Virus record (IMG/VR): IMGVR_UViG_3300028591_000105
Length of the DNA stretch: 64,000 nucleotides
Reading direction: 5' to 3' (one strand)
DNA from: an uncultured virus (IMG/VR IMGVR_UViG_3300028591_000105)
Taxonomy: Duplodnaviria; Heunggongvirae; Uroviricota; Caudoviricetes
The stretch's first letter is position 1; each line of letters starts with the position of its first letter. The notes under the pieces are model-generated. The model worked only from the letters and a program-made list of their open reading frames with translations, did no database searches and had not been told where the DNA came from. Position numbers and translations under genes: made by a program. Below, piece after piece: positions 21,861-34,123 of this stretch.

Positions 21861-24800
21861 CCTATTCCTCCCATACGAGGTCTACAACTGTTTCGCCGGT
21901 CTTCAATTCAACTCCTTTTACTCCAAGTGCTGCTCTGCTTAATACTCGTAGGTCGGCAGTAGAAATTTTAACCGTTTTCTTATTTACTATAATAATTATA
22001 TCACAGTCGCTTTCCAAAGTCAAATGCTTAACTATTGTTTCATTTTCTTTAACATCAGATATTTTCTTACCTTTTATACCACGAGAACAAATAGGAAAAT
22101 CATTCATTGAAGATTTTTTAATCGTACCACAATCAGAGATAGTTATTAAATACTCTGCGCCGGCCGGCACTTTCTGAGCATCTATAACGTAATCATTATC
22201 TGCTAGTTTAATACCCTTCACGCCGGCGGCCGCACGACCAATTGGATTGATAGAGGTAGTGTCAAGACGAACACAATTTCCGTTGTGAGTGAGAAGTGAA
22301 ATATTTTCATCATTAAGGAATAGGACTTTAACTACTTCATCATTTTCTTTAAGATTAATTGCCTTAATAGACTTGCCGCGCTTTATCTTGTATTCCTTTG
22401 CATAAGATTTTTTTATCATGCCTTGCTTAGTAATAAAGATTAAGAATCCCTCTGAGGGGCGGCGCTTTATAGTTGTAAGAGCAGTTGGAATCTCTCCAGT
22501 AGAAAATTCAAAGAGTTGTGCGATATTTACCTTTGCATTAAGAGGTAAGTCATCAGTATTCATTTGATACATTTGTCCCTTATTGGAGAATACAAGCAGT
22601 GAACTAAAGTTATCATCACGTAAAGTCTTTACTATTGTTTCATTATTACTAAGTTTTACTTTTGTTCCCTTGGTGCCGCGATGAGTGCGAATTAGAGTTG
22701 TAGATTCAGTGGCGTAGAGATTACCAAGATTTGTATAGTGGATAAGAAGTTCCTTTTTCTCAATTGGCTCTGCATCTTCATCTTCACCCTTAAAATCTAA
22801 ATCCATTAACTTAGTTCTACGACTATCGCCATATTTCTTAATAACCGCTCTCATTCCTGCTTCAATTTCTGCATAAAGTAAATTAGTATCATTAAGAATT
22901 TCATCTATTTTTTCAATAGATGCAATTAACTTCTCTCTTTCATCTTTAAAAGACTGAATTTCAAGATTGATAAGTCTACTAAGAGTCATTTTTAAAATAG
23001 CATCTGCTTGTGGTCCATTAAACTCAAAGCGATTAATTAATTTAACTTTTGCGTCATTCTTATCAGCCGCACTCTTAATTAATGCCACTACTTCATCTAT
23101 ATTGGCAATTGCAACCAGAAGTCCATCAATAACATTAATTCTTGCAAGCATTTTATTTTTATCATACTCATACATTCTTGTCTTACAATCTATCTCATGG
23201 TCAATATGAGCAAGTAAGGCATCTCTCCAACCAAAAACTTTAGGATAAGTTCCGTGGTCAAGCATTACCATATTAATAGTGTAATTGTTCTCAAGACTTG
23301 TAAGTTTATATAACTGTTTAATAATCTTATTAGGATTAATATTCTTTTCAAGAGTAATTTTAAGTTTTGATTTAGTAGTTGAATTATCATTTACCTTTGC
23401 AATACCAATAATCTCTCCATTATTAATTAAATTTTGCAACTGTTCCAAAATAGTATTTACATATACTCCATAAGGAATTTCAGTAAAAGTAATTGAATTG
23501 TCGTCTGCATTATAATCTGCAGTACTTCTAAGCCTTATTGAGCCGCCTTGTCCAGTTTTTAAAATTTCCTTAACTCTAGAAGCATTAAGAATTGTGCTTC
23601 CAGTGCAAAAGTCAGGAGCGCAATATATTTCATCAAAAGAAACTTCTCTATTCCAAAGGAGTTTAATCATAGCTTCATTTACTTCAGCTAAATTAAATTG
23701 AGGAATAGAGCAAGCCAATGCTGTCGCTATCGAATTTATCCATTATTTCTAATGGCTCTGACTATCTTTTAATCACATAAAGTGACGACACCATTTCGAG
23801 TAACGTATCAATAGTTACCCTACGTCTCCGCTCCGAGACTAGTCGATACAGGTTCTCCAGTTATTTTTGAAATACGTCTTTTTGGATAAGAAGTCCTTAT
23901 AGGATATCTCTCTCCTTCTATTCGATGACGTTTTCCAGTGTTGATGTCTGAAATTGTATCTCTACTACATGAAAATAATTTAGCAATATAAACTGTAGAA
24001 AATTCTCCTTCTTTTAACAAAGAAATAATTTCTATCAATTCATCAGGAGTAATCTTATGTTTATTACTTTTTCTTATAGGATAGCTTAACATAGGATTAT
24101 AGTGCGCTTTTCCCTAATTAATCCTATGACATTCTGATAAAGAAACACCAGAAATTTTACTAATAGAAGAAATAGGTTGCTCTGTTTCTTTTAACATTTT
24201 AATAATTTCTTCATATTTATCTTGTGTAATACTAACAGGATTAGTAAAACCAGTTTTACATTTATTTTCTTTGCGAATAGGATAATTTATATTAGGATTG
24301 TAATAAGTTTTTCCAAGATTAATTTTAGAAATAGTATCTTCATGGCAATTAAATCTTTGACTTATTTCAATATTAGTGTATCCTTGCTCTAATAGCTATC
24401 TTATTTCAATTATTGTGTCATTAGAAAATTTGGCAAAAGGATTTTTTTCTGACAACAAATCCATCCCGCCTTCAGTTAAATTATATCCCTTATCTTTCTA
24501 ATTTGAAGAAAAATATTTTATCCAATATCGCTCTTTTTCAGAAAGTATTTGATAATCTTCATCAAATATTTCTTCTAAAATTTCAAATTCTACTTCGCTT
24601 ATTGAATTATAATATTTTTTTAAAGCATTATATAAAACAGACTATCTATTATCAGTATAATGTTCTTTAATTCTTCGTTTTATATCATTTGATAAGCCAA
24701 TATAACTTTTTCCATTAGGAAAAATTATTCTATAAATACCTATAACTTTCTAATTTAAATCATTAATTTTCATGTGGACATCAACCTCCTAGAGTTTCCC

Positions 24801-25453
24801 ACGGGATTATCTTTTATTTTCTTCAATTATAAAGTATTTTTTTAATTTTAAAAATCTAATAAATTGAGGAAAACAGTCAGACTTCCCCGTTAGCTAAGAG
24901 ATTGCTCTTAACCCCGTTGATGAAACGGAAAAGTGTTACACAGGCATAGTTACATACCTAACGAACCATTACATATATTATAATATCCAAGCGACGGCAC
25001 AACAGAAGGAAATTGTTCTGTATTATCATAGTTATCAAACCATTTATCTATACAGTGCTTGTCTACTCCATCATAAAGTAAACAGCCTAATTCCCCTAGA
25101 CGCATTTCAGTATAACGTGCCGCACTAGCTTTACCATTAGAAATAGTGCCGTACTGTCCATCAAAATCTTCAAGTTTATAGCGCATATTATAATCCTTTG
25201 CCATACGGACAAGGAGGTCATAACACGCCGCATCACCATGAACATAAAAATGGTCCATCGCGGCAGAAACGGACTTGACTGACTTTTTAAAAGGCTTCTT
25301 ATAAGTTATTTTTTCTAATAGCTGAGCATACATACATTGTCTCGCCGCCGGCTTTAATCCATCTCTAGCATCTATCAATGCTCTATCGAGTATAGTCATT
25401 GCAGCATATGTAGAAAAACTTTCATTTACTACACTTAAAATATCTATATCCAT
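21853..25453 (-). CDS. gyrA: DNA gyrase/topoisomerase IIA subunit A, spliced (exons 25453-24956 and 23730-21853)
   Basis: DGLKP, HGD, AARYTE, NGSLG|IATALACSIP joined across intron; beta-pinwheel CTD. Confidence 0.92.
23731..24955 (-). mobile_element. Group I intron in gyrA
   Basis: Exon ends GGU; P1 UAGGU|AU pairs with AUGCCUG (U-G at site); GACUA...AAGAUAGUC P7; terminal G; removal restores frame. Confidence 0.88.
23808..24773 (-). CDS. Intron-encoded GIY-YIG homing endonuclease with repeated HTH modules
   Basis: GIYRIIFPNGKSYIG, GYNLT, repeated ISxINxGK...YPIR units; TAG=Gln. Confidence 0.85.
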
Positions 25454-25465
25454 TATCTTCCTCCT

Positions 25466-27331
25466 TTACATTGACCCATACTCTGAAAAATTTATTTTTG
25501 AAAAAACAAATTCCTTTCTTGGTTCTATCTTAGGCCCCATTAACTTACACAGTTGTTCTACTCCTTCTGGAGAATAAATTATTTTATCAAGTCGCTGGTC
25601 ACCAACAGTAGAAAACATAGAAAATTTAAGGTCATGTTCATTTAACTGTCCAAGTCCCTTAATTCTTTTAATATTCCCTTTTAATTTGTTACGTTTAGCA
25701 TCAAATTCTTCATTTGTATAGTAACAACTTATCGGTTTACCAGACTTATCTTGTTCAATAAATAGTGGAGAACGAAGCCAATATAGTCTATTTTCTTTCA
25801 AAAACTGTGGACATAAACGATGCAGATTCGCCATAATGAGGAGCGCGATATGATAGCCATCGTCGTCCGCATCCACGCATATGGCAATTTTACCATAGCG
25901 AAGTTTATTTGGATTATAGTTATGCGGGTCAATACCTAATGCATAGAGTAAAAGCTCTATCTCATTGTTTTCGTAATAAGCCTTTTCATCATCTTCTTTA
26001 AGACCATTTTTCATCTTACCACGAATACGCATAATGCCGTATTTTTTTGAATCACGACCCACTGCAACTGCATTACCTGCCGAGTCACCTTCCACGATGC
26101 AAAGAATCGAATCCTGGCCTAGTTCCTCCGCATCAGTGAGCTTATCTATGAAAGCAATCTTTTGCTTTCTAAGTTCATTCATTTTCTTTTGTTGGTTTAA
26201 AACTGCTTCACGAGCTTTATCTGCTGCTTTTTCAGCCTTTGCGAACTTATTCATCATTTCAATAATAGTATTGAAACTAGGAGTATTAGCAAATTCTTCC
26301 AGCCCTTCTCTAAATGCTTGGCTAGCAAGTGTACGAAGACTGGGGTTATTTATTTTTGATTTAGTCTGATTAGCAAATGAAGGATTCGCAACCTTACAAT
26401 TAATTGCAAGAATCAAGCCCTTGCGGATAAGGTCAGGATTAAAGTCCTTATCTGCTAAACGTTTTATGGAAGTGGTAATCGTAGTCTTAGCGCCAGTAAC
26501 AGGTGAGCCGCCTTCTGGACAGTAGAGACCATTAACAAACACATACTCTTCATAGCTGCCGCCCGTCCACATAAAAGCGATTTCAAGTTCATCTGTTCCG
26601 TCAGACTTTGAAACAATTATTGGCGCCGGCATAAGTGGTTCTTTAACCTTATCTGTAATAAAATCTGCAATACCATTTTCAGAATAAAATTCTTGTCTCT
26701 TATTATTAACAAGGTCTTTTACTATAAAATGTATTCCTTTATTCAAATAAGAAATGTTTTTTATTTCACTACAAATTCTATCATAAGAAAAATTTTCTTC
26801 CATATTTTGAAAAACTTCCTTATCTGGCATAAACTCAACAGTTGTGCCAGTCTCTTCATTTGCAGATAAAGGCCTCTCTTTATAATCTTTAAGATTACCC
26901 TTTTCAAATATCGCAGTTGCTGCCTTACCATCTCGGCGTGACTGAACAGTAAATGAAGTGGAGCTCATACATACGGCAGTACCTCCAATACCATTCAATC
27001 CCGAACTATTCTTGTACGCACCCTTATCAAATTTTCCACCAGTGTGGCTCTCCGTGTATATGGCCACCAGTATATTTCTTCCATCTTTAATACCGAAAGG
27101 AACTCCTCTACCCCAATCTCGAACATAGATTAAATTATTCTCTCCAAGACCAATTTCTATTTTATTACCATAACCAGCAAGCGCTTCATCGGTAGAATTG
27201 TTTATAATTTCCTTGAGAGATTGGTAGATACCTTCAGTGTCATCGCTACCGAGGTACATTTGTATACGAGAGCGCATTGCTTCTCGTATTTCAAGATGCT
27301 GTATATTATCAACACCATAATTATTATTCAA
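25466..27331 (-). CDS. gyrB: DNA gyrase/topoisomerase IIA subunit B
   Basis: EIINNSTDE, DWGRGVP, HTGGKF, VEGDSA, DADDDG, KGLG. Confidence 0.95.
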   Translation of the reverse strand: MNNNYGVDNIQHLEIREAMRSRIQMYLGSDDTEGIYQSLKEIINNSTDEALAGYGNKIEIGLGENNLIYVRDWGRGVPFGIKDGRNILVAIYTESHTGGKFDKGAYKNSSGLNGIGGTAVCMSSTSFTVQSRRDGKAATAIFEKGNLKDYKERPLSANEETGTTVEFMPDKEVFQNMEENFSYDRICSEIKNISYLNKGIHFIVKDLVNNKRQEFYSENGIADFITDKVKEPLMPAPIIVSKSDGTDELEIAFMWTGGSYEEYVFVNGLYCPEGGSPVTGAKTTITTSIKRLADKDFNPDLIRKGLILAINCKVANPSFANQTKSKINNPSLRTLASQAFREGLEEFANTPSFNTIIEMMNKFAKAEKAADKAREAVLNQQKKMNELRKQKIAFIDKLTDAEELGQDSILCIVEGDSAGNAVAVGRDSKKYGIMRIRGKMKNGLKEDDEKAYYENNEIELLLYALGIDPHNYNPNKLRYGKIAICVDADDDGYHIALLIMANLHRLCPQFLKENRLYWLRSPLFIEQDKSGKPISCYYTNEEFDAKRNKLKGNIKRIKGLGQLNEHDLKFSMFSTVGDQRLDKIIYSPEGVEQLCKLMGPKIEPRKEFVFSKINFSEYGSM

Positions 27332-27360
27332 TTAAATCCCTCCTTTTTATTCTCTTTATT

Positions 27361-27389
27361 ATTATATCATATTTTTCATAAAAAGTCAA
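27361..27389 (-). promoter_or_regulatory. sigmaA-type promoter with extended -10 (representative)
   Basis: TTGACT-17-TATAAT with TG; similar sites near 1653, 6393, 21460, 33141, 39086 (-) and 39140, 50392, 53243, 60688 (+). Confidence 0.8.
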
Positions 27390-27433
27390 TAAATAAAATC
27401 TCCTCTTGATATTACTATCAAGAGGAATGTATA

Positions 27434-27838
27434 TTAAAAATTCAATTCATCAGGCGGTAAATAATAAACTCTCATGCCAGCATGTATATTTATATTGTAC
27501 ATATCAAATCCTTCTTTAAAAGTATAGTATTTTTTATTCCATAAGAACAAATCGCTATCAGATAAATCGCCGCGCTCTTCACAAAGTTTTTCCCAATCAT
27601 TGACTTCTTCAAAATATTCCCATTTTGTCTCTTCCAATGAAATAGTAGGCATACAGCTATATGTAGAATTATTATTTAAATTACTACAAATATTTACAAA
27701 AGTAGTAAACTCTTCATAATTTAAAAATGCAAGTCCTCTTGTTGTAGCATCACAGCCACTATTACTTATAAAAAATAGCTTTCTTCTATCTTTATCTTCA
27801 TTATTCCATGAATTTTTAATTGCTTCTATATCAGTCAC
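27434..27838 (-). CDS. Hypothetical protein
   Basis: 134-aa ORF with RBS. Confidence 0.65.
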   Translation of the reverse strand: MTDIEAIKNSWNNEDKDRRKLFFISNSGCDATTRGLAFLNYEEFTTFVNICSNLNNNSTYSCMPTISLEETKWEYFEEVNDWEKLCEERGDLSDSDLFLWNKKYYTFKEGFDMYNINIHAGMRVYYLPPDELNF

Positions 27839-28184
27839 TAATATCTTCCTCCGTTATCCAATTTGAATTACAAGTAACCTCAGGATTTGGAGGATAAATA
27901 TCTCCTACAGTTATTTTATATTCATTAGGCATAGTGGGGAATATAGAAGGAGAGACAATTTTGTCTGGACATATAGCTTCATCCCATTTTAATGCAAAAT
28001 CAAAATTTTCTTTAGACATTTCTTTTACTACCGTGTTGTTACAAGTGGTATTAGGACACTCACAAATATATACACCATGTAAATATTCGCATTTTGATAT
28101 ATCTTCACTCCATGCCGCGTTACATGTAGGACAAATAAAGTATTTGTCTCTTTCAATCAATTTTCCTTTTCTGTATATTTTCAT
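27831..28184 (-). CDS. Zn-ribbon hypothetical protein
   Basis: CPTC...CECP...C motifs; GGAGG RBS. Confidence 0.65.
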   Translation of the reverse strand: MKIYRKGKLIERDKYFICPTCNAAWSEDISKCEYLHGVYICECPNTTCNNTVVKEMSKENFDFALKWDEAICPDKIVSPSIFPTMPNEYKITVGDIYPPNPEVTCNSNWITEEDISD

Positions 28185-28463
28185 ATAATTCCTCCTTTAT
28201 TGATTTTTATTATATCATAGTTTATAGTAAAAATCAATAAATCACTCAAAAACATTCTTCTCCTAGTGCTCTTCATTTAACCAACGCTAAATACATTCTT
28301 CACAATTATCAACTTCTGCCGTTGATTTACTACAACAATATGGCGGGTCCTACTTTAAATCATCTAAAACACAAACTCCTCCTTCGTTCATTTCGCACAA
28401 CATATCATAAAGGCTCATATTTAATAAATATTCTCTATTTTTCACGCCGCCTCCCTCCCTTTA

Positions 28464-29390
28464 TCAGCAGAGATTTTTTAGATATTCAACAACAGAACTA
28501 ACTGCAATTGCTCCATCCGCTGCAGCAGTAACTGCTTGTCGAACATTTTTAACTCTTACGTCACCTGCTCCAAATAGGCCGGCAACCGTCATAGATTGTA
28601 ATGTATTTGGCCAGCACCAAAGACCTCCATTTTGGTCAAGCTCTTCAATTTTCTTTAATGGAGCAGTATTAGGCACCATTCCAATGGCTACAAATATTCC
28701 ATCTACATGAGGTCCATAATGTGTATATAATTTTGAATTTGGCTTTTCTTTATATATCCCAAAAAGTCCATGAGATGCTTTAAGAATTGCTGCAACTGGG
28801 AAATTATATTCAATATGAATATTATCAATATTCTTAACTCTCTCAAACGTTGAAGCGGCAGCAGTAACATTTTCATCGCACATTACTATTATGACTTGCT
28901 TGCAAATCTTTGATAAATATTCTGCCTCTGTAAAAGCGACATCGCCGCCACCAATAACAGCAACAGTTTTATCTTTATAAAGAGCTCCATCACATACTGC
29001 GCAATAGTGGATTGGAATTCCTTCTTCAATTTCACAATTTAATTTTCTATGTGAGGCGCCAAGCGCATAGATTACTGAACATGCTATATCTACTTTTCCA
29101 TCTTCATAATATATTGAAAAGTTTCCATCTGATAATTTAAGAATTTGTGTAACTGCATGCTCTTCTATTTGAATATCATTGTTTATAAGCTATTCATGAA
29201 GTTTCATAGCTAAATCCATTCCAGATAAAGGCGCGGTGCAAGGAAAATTTTCAACACAAACTGCATTTGCGATTTGTCCAAAGTCGTATTCATCACGACC
29301 AACTATTTTAAAATCAAGATTAGCTCGTTTAGCATAAAGCGCGGCAGTCATACCTGCCATACCATTACCAAGAATTATTAGGTCTTTCAT
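28464..29390 (-). CDS. trxB: Thioredoxin reductase
   Basis: ILGNGMAGMTAA, YCAVCDG, VIGGGD, GAGDV; joined through TAG at 29190. Confidence 0.9.
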
Positions 29391-29423
29391 TCAATATCCT
29401 CCAATTTTTTATAAATTAATTCT

Positions 29424-29795
29424 TTAATCGTCCCAATCACTGGGGATTCCCATGGGGTGGTCATCATAGATTACTTCATTTGCCCAATCTTTATTTTCTA
29501 ATTTTTCTAAAATTTCTGATTCTTCAAATTTAGAACAAAGCCTTAACAATTCTGGACTGATAATCGCTTGAAGTTCTATAAAATTTTGACCTTCCCACCA
29601 GTCAATCCACCATAGAAGGTCATTAAAGCCAAAAATCCCACATACTTGAATTTCAAAATCTTGATTACTCATTTCTTCTTCTGTATAGCCATACCTTAAA
29701 CTTACATAGGCTTCATCAAGTTTATTTTGTAGCATATAGGAACGTATATAATCATAAAAATCAGAAGAAGATGTAAACTTTTTTGTTTCTCTCAT
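29424..29795 (-). CDS. Hypothetical protein
   Basis: 123-aa ORF with GGAGG RBS. Confidence 0.65.
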   Translation of the reverse strand: MRETKKFTSSSDFYDYIRSYMLQNKLDEAYVSLRYGYTEEEMSNQDFEIQVCGIFGFNDLLWWIDWWEGQNFIELQAIISPELLRLCSKFEESEILEKLENKDWANEVIYDDHPMGIPSDWDD

Positions 29796-30172
29796 TCAAT
29801 ATCCTCCAATACATAGTCATCATAATAATAAAAACCATAAGAGGGTATAGAACACAACATAGGCAAGATTGTGCTATGTATGTAATTCAACCTATAATGG
29901 TCACTACATATAATTAAATTGGCTCTCTATCCTATAAAACTGTCTCCTTCATCTACTATTTGTACATCAATGCTTGCATAACCTCTTATAAAAGAAGCGA
30001 CATAATTACTCTCTGTTGGTTTTACTCCTGTTAATTCTTTAAATAAATCAATAAATATTACTGCCTCCATAAGATTTGGACAGATTATTTTTACTCTATA
30101 TACGTTAGTATTATAATTAAAATTATAAACAATATCTTGAATTATATCATCATCTAATCTCAAAAAATTCAT
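29792..30172 (-). CDS. Hypothetical protein
   Basis: Reads through TAG at 29927 to an ATGA overlap with next gene. Confidence 0.6.
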
Positions 30173-30684
30173 TATTCAATATCCTCCAATCTTTCCGCAT
30201 ATTGATTTGGACTAGCCAATGTTACTCTAAGAACTTCATCGTAATGTGACTCTTGGTCTGGTATAAATCTACCATATTTAATAATTATCTACATGCCAGC
30301 TTTTACAAAAATTTTATATGCAGCTACCTTATCTTCTATCTCTTGTTTTGTATATCCAGTATAAATCACAACTGTTGGTAAGGATTTATTATAGATTGTT
30401 GCGCCGGCGCAAAGTAAACTTAATAATTCCGTTAAATCGCCATAAGAGTCAAAGGGTTCTAAGCCGCCGCATATTACTGCTGAAGTTATAGGATTTGAAT
30501 AATATCTATCTATAATTTCTGTTATACCAATCTCAATATTTGGCGAATTCGCCAAGTCTGAATTTTGACAAACTTGGCGACCGCACTCTTTATCACATTT
30601 AAATGTACAACAAGGAAAGCCTATAAACATTGCTGGTTCTTTGTAGTTTACTAAATCACATTCATTTATATCTTTAACTATCAT
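30172..30684 (-). CDS. nrdG: Anaerobic RNR activating protein (radical SAM)
   Basis: CTFKC...CQN, GGLEP, YTGY, KYGRF...LASPNQ. Confidence 0.85.
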
Positions 30685-30958
30685 TTCGGGCCTCCCAATA
30701 TTTACAGATATCATCTTTTTTAAAGCAAATAATTCCATTTGTTATTAATCCGCTTTTATCAGTAGATTCAGGGAAATGTTTTAAAGCAACCCATCCTAAA
30801 GCAAATTCTCCCTTCTGATAAAAGTCAAATATATAATCTTCATTATTTAATATTTCTTTATATTCTGTTGCTTGATAAATTTTACTACATCCTATATACT
30901 CTTTATTTTCAGCTCTTCTTGCATATTTACAATTTAAACATTTTGCTTCTTTTTCCAT
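30674..30958 (-). CDS. Cys-containing hypothetical protein
   Basis: 94-aa ORF between nrdD and nrdG. Confidence 0.6.
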   Translation of the reverse strand: MEKEAKCLNCKYARRAENKEYIGCSKIYQATEYKEILNNEDYIFDFYQKGEFALGWVALKHFPESTDKSGLITNGIICFKKDDICKYWEARNDS

Positions 30959-30968
30959 AATCCCTCAC

Positions 30969-32906
30969 TTAAACATTAACTGTCTCCCATTTTCTTAACT
31001 TATACTCTGCCTTACGCTCCTTACTCCATGTGTTAATCGGGGTCATGAAGCCGACTACACGGGTATATTCGGTAAATATGGGCTTCCCACATATACTACA
31101 TGTAGTTCCGTAGAATGAATGATTCTCCTCACAAGCTTGAATCTTAGTATTAAAAGCGAAATAAGTTACGCCAGCATCTGCAATATACTCTACCATTTTG
31201 CGAGCCTTCTCATAGGAATCAAATGGAGCGTCGATATTACAATGAAGTATGCTACCTCCATTGCAGAAGCTATCAAACAATGCTTGTACTCTTACTCTTT
31301 CAGTAAGAGTTGTCTTAATACCAAGTGGCATAAACTGATTTCCATAAAGAGGTAAATCATATATGTCTGCATCGGGATAGAAAAATTTATCTTTACGCAT
31401 TAACTTGGCCGCTGCGTTTTCACCAGGAATCTACTCTTTATTAATCATGTAATCTATTCCCATTTCAGACCTGAACTCTTCTATTTCTTCATCTATAACT
31501 TCAAAAATTCTTTTACCGAAAGCGTCTCCTTCTGGAGTATAATAATGATTTCCGAATTGGTCTACTGTTACAAAGTTAAACTTCTTTAAAGTTTCGTAAA
31601 CGCCAATAAAGCCGACAGTCGAATAACATGATTCAAAATCTATCATGCCATAAGAGAAATTAGGTAAAAGTCCTTTTTCAACATTCCTCTTAATTATATG
31701 GCGTACTACATGAAGTGCTCTTAAACAGCATTTAGTTCTTGCTCTTAACTCTTCAATATATTCCTCTGTTGAATTAGTATCCAAAGCTAAGCGAGCAAGA
31801 TTAATTGTGTTAACCTTAATCGAGCCTACCTTCAGTGCAGTACCACCTATTGAATTGAAGTACCCAAGGTCTTCAATGTTGCTCTTTAACCTACAACAAT
31901 TGGAGAGACTAGTGACATTATCATCAATAAAGAGATTAGAATCAGACCAAACCATATTCTGCTTAATAAAATATTCTGCTGCATCTTCATCTAAAAACTT
32001 GCCATTTTTACGAATTAAAGACATAGAATTTATTGGAAAGGTATATGCATTCTCTTTCATAATTGCAATTCTAGTCTTTAAATAGAGTTTTTGAAACTCC
32101 ATAATTCCTTCTATATCATCAACCATAAAACTTCCATCAGGAAACTCTGCACCGCCGAAGAGTGCCATTAAGTATTCTCTATCAAAAACCGATGTATTCG
32201 TAAATGCTGACTATTGCCCATCCCTTACGCAAGGTTGGTTTAATGCATAAATAAATCTCTGAATGTTCTGAACTGCATATGTCTCTTCATTCCTTGAAAC
32301 TAATACTCCAAGATAGTTATTCTCAACATCTTTCTTCCAGAAGTAGTACATATAAGGAATAAGATTGGGTAAACCAACTGCGCCCGAAGTTCTGTTACTA
32401 CAGAAGCTAACGTATTCCTTTACAAAGTCAACAAAAGTTGTTAAATGCTTTGGTGGTTTTGCATTAAAATTATCTCCTAAAAAGTAAAGTCCTTTTTCAG
32501 CTAAATCTTTTAAATCATATGCAAAACAGTAGCTCTTAAATGTGGAAGTATCTGCATCATGCATATACAACTCTCCCATATAGTCTCTTCTAAGCCATTC
32601 ATTCGCCGCCTGAAAGCCAAACATTTTTTGATAATCATGGTAGATTTTATGGAAAGCCAATAGTTTTCTGTGCGGCTTGGGCATTTCTGAAAGTAATGTA
32701 ACAATATCTTTACGCCTTACATTACTATTACCATCTATTGATGAATCTGCAACTGTTGGTTCATCTATAAAATTCTAAATAAAGTCTGTATATGAAAGCT
32801 ATTCATCTGCAAAACCATTAAGTTGAGCAAGGTCAGTTCCAAATTCATTGGATAGTTTATTAAACTGTGTAATAAAATTCTTTGAAGTCTTTACATTAAT
32901 TATCAT
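30969..32906 (-). CDS. nrdD: Class III anaerobic ribonucleotide reductase
   Basis: YMHD, YCF, RDGQQSAFTN, NCCRL, EQIPGE, TRVVGF glycyl-radical loop; three ORFs joined by TAG=Gln. Confidence 0.92.
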
Positions 32907-33109
32907 TTGCACTCACCTATCCACTTCACTGCTTTCGCAAACTCCATAAGTTTACCATTTACTTCTAATACTGGTAATTGATCTATTCCAAGTTGTTCCA
33001 TTTTGTTTGTATCATTACAAACTTTATAATTAAGTCCTGCTTTATTTAGTTTTGCAATTACTACATTACACTTTGGACAACCTGTAGAATAAAGCACAAT
33101 ATTATCCAT
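32903..33109 (-). CDS. NrdH/glutaredoxin-like protein
   Basis: LYSTGCPKC, LPVLEVNG. Confidence 0.85.
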   Translation of the reverse strand: MDNIVLYSTGCPKCNVVIAKLNKAGLNYKVCNDTNKMEQLGIDQLPVLEVNGKLMEFAKAVKWIGECK

Positions 33110-33279
33110 GTTATCATTCCTCCTTTTTATTCTTAAATTAATTATACCATAAAATAATTAAATAGTCAATTAATTTTGAGAATATTCAATAATAATGTAA
33201 TTTTAACTTGATTTCACTCAAATAAAATTATTTTCTTAAAATAAAACGCCGACCAGTTATGCCGGTCGGCGTAGAGTAC

Positions 33280-33717
33280 TTATATAATTTCTTCCCAAGT
33301 TTCCATTTCTTTCATAATAGTCTTAACATAACTATTACCTTTTTTCTTCCTATATCTTTCATAAAGATACATAACATTTTCTTTTTCATAATGAGGAATA
33401 CGTTTATCTTCTTTATACTTATAATAAATATGAGTTATAGTATTTCTAAGGATAGCTAAATCAGTCTAATCATTATCTGCTATTTTTTCATCTATCTAAC
33501 CAATATGTTCATTAGTTTCATCTATCTTCTAATCAACCTTTTCTATTTGCTCTTTTAAATCGCTATTTGCCGCCTTAGACTCTTCACGAATCATATTGCG
33601 GAAGGCTTTTAAAGGGCGTTTAGTTATTATAGTAAAAAATGTAATTAAAGTAATAACTATTCCTACAACAGAACCAATAGTTTCAAAGGTTGATAAAAAT
33701 GTTAAGGCACATATCAT
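33280..33717 (-). CDS. Single-TM coiled-coil protein, holin-like family
   Basis: N-terminal TM, then LRNTITHIYYKY...YERY...GNSYV; TAG=Gln. Confidence 0.6.
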
Positions 33718-34115
33718 TTTCTCACCCCTTTGTTAATCAAATTAATATTATGATTTGGGTCTTTTACCCTCATTGTATTATCATAAAATAAAGTCTAAAG
33801 AGTGAGATTATCAAGTTTCCAATATGGAACACGAATTAATGGGATACCATGCTTTAAACAAAACTTATTTTTCTTAATGTCATGTTCTTTCTGCCGGCGG
33901 AAGTGAGCCTTAGTTTTATGAAAAAAAGGGGTATATTGGAAGTGTTGAGCCCCATCTACCTCAATAAGACAACTAAGTCTTCCATTTTTATAGCAAGCGA
34001 AATCATATCTTAAATTACCTCTACTTCCCTTTAATCCAATAAATTCAACTTCTGTCTAATATGCTATGCCGGCCTATGATAAAATTTTAGCTACTTTCTA
34101 CTCTCCTTTAGACAT
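33714..34115 (-). CDS. Vsr/DUF559-like endonuclease
   Basis: MSKGEQ, RYDF, LIEVDGAQHF, HDIKKN, LIRVPYW. Confidence 0.75.
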
Positions 34116-34123
34116 TTTCTACA

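Noticed and set aside
23731..24955. Intein in GyrA (and in RecJ at 57265-58358)
   Set aside because: In-frame TAA immediately follows the exon in both cases, and group I RNA signatures are present
20251..26369. Plus-strand ORFs in the track (20251-20904, 21836-22177, 22967-23209, 26034-26369 and similar)
   Set aside because: Antisense shadows of well-supported minus-strand genes, with no recognisable motifs
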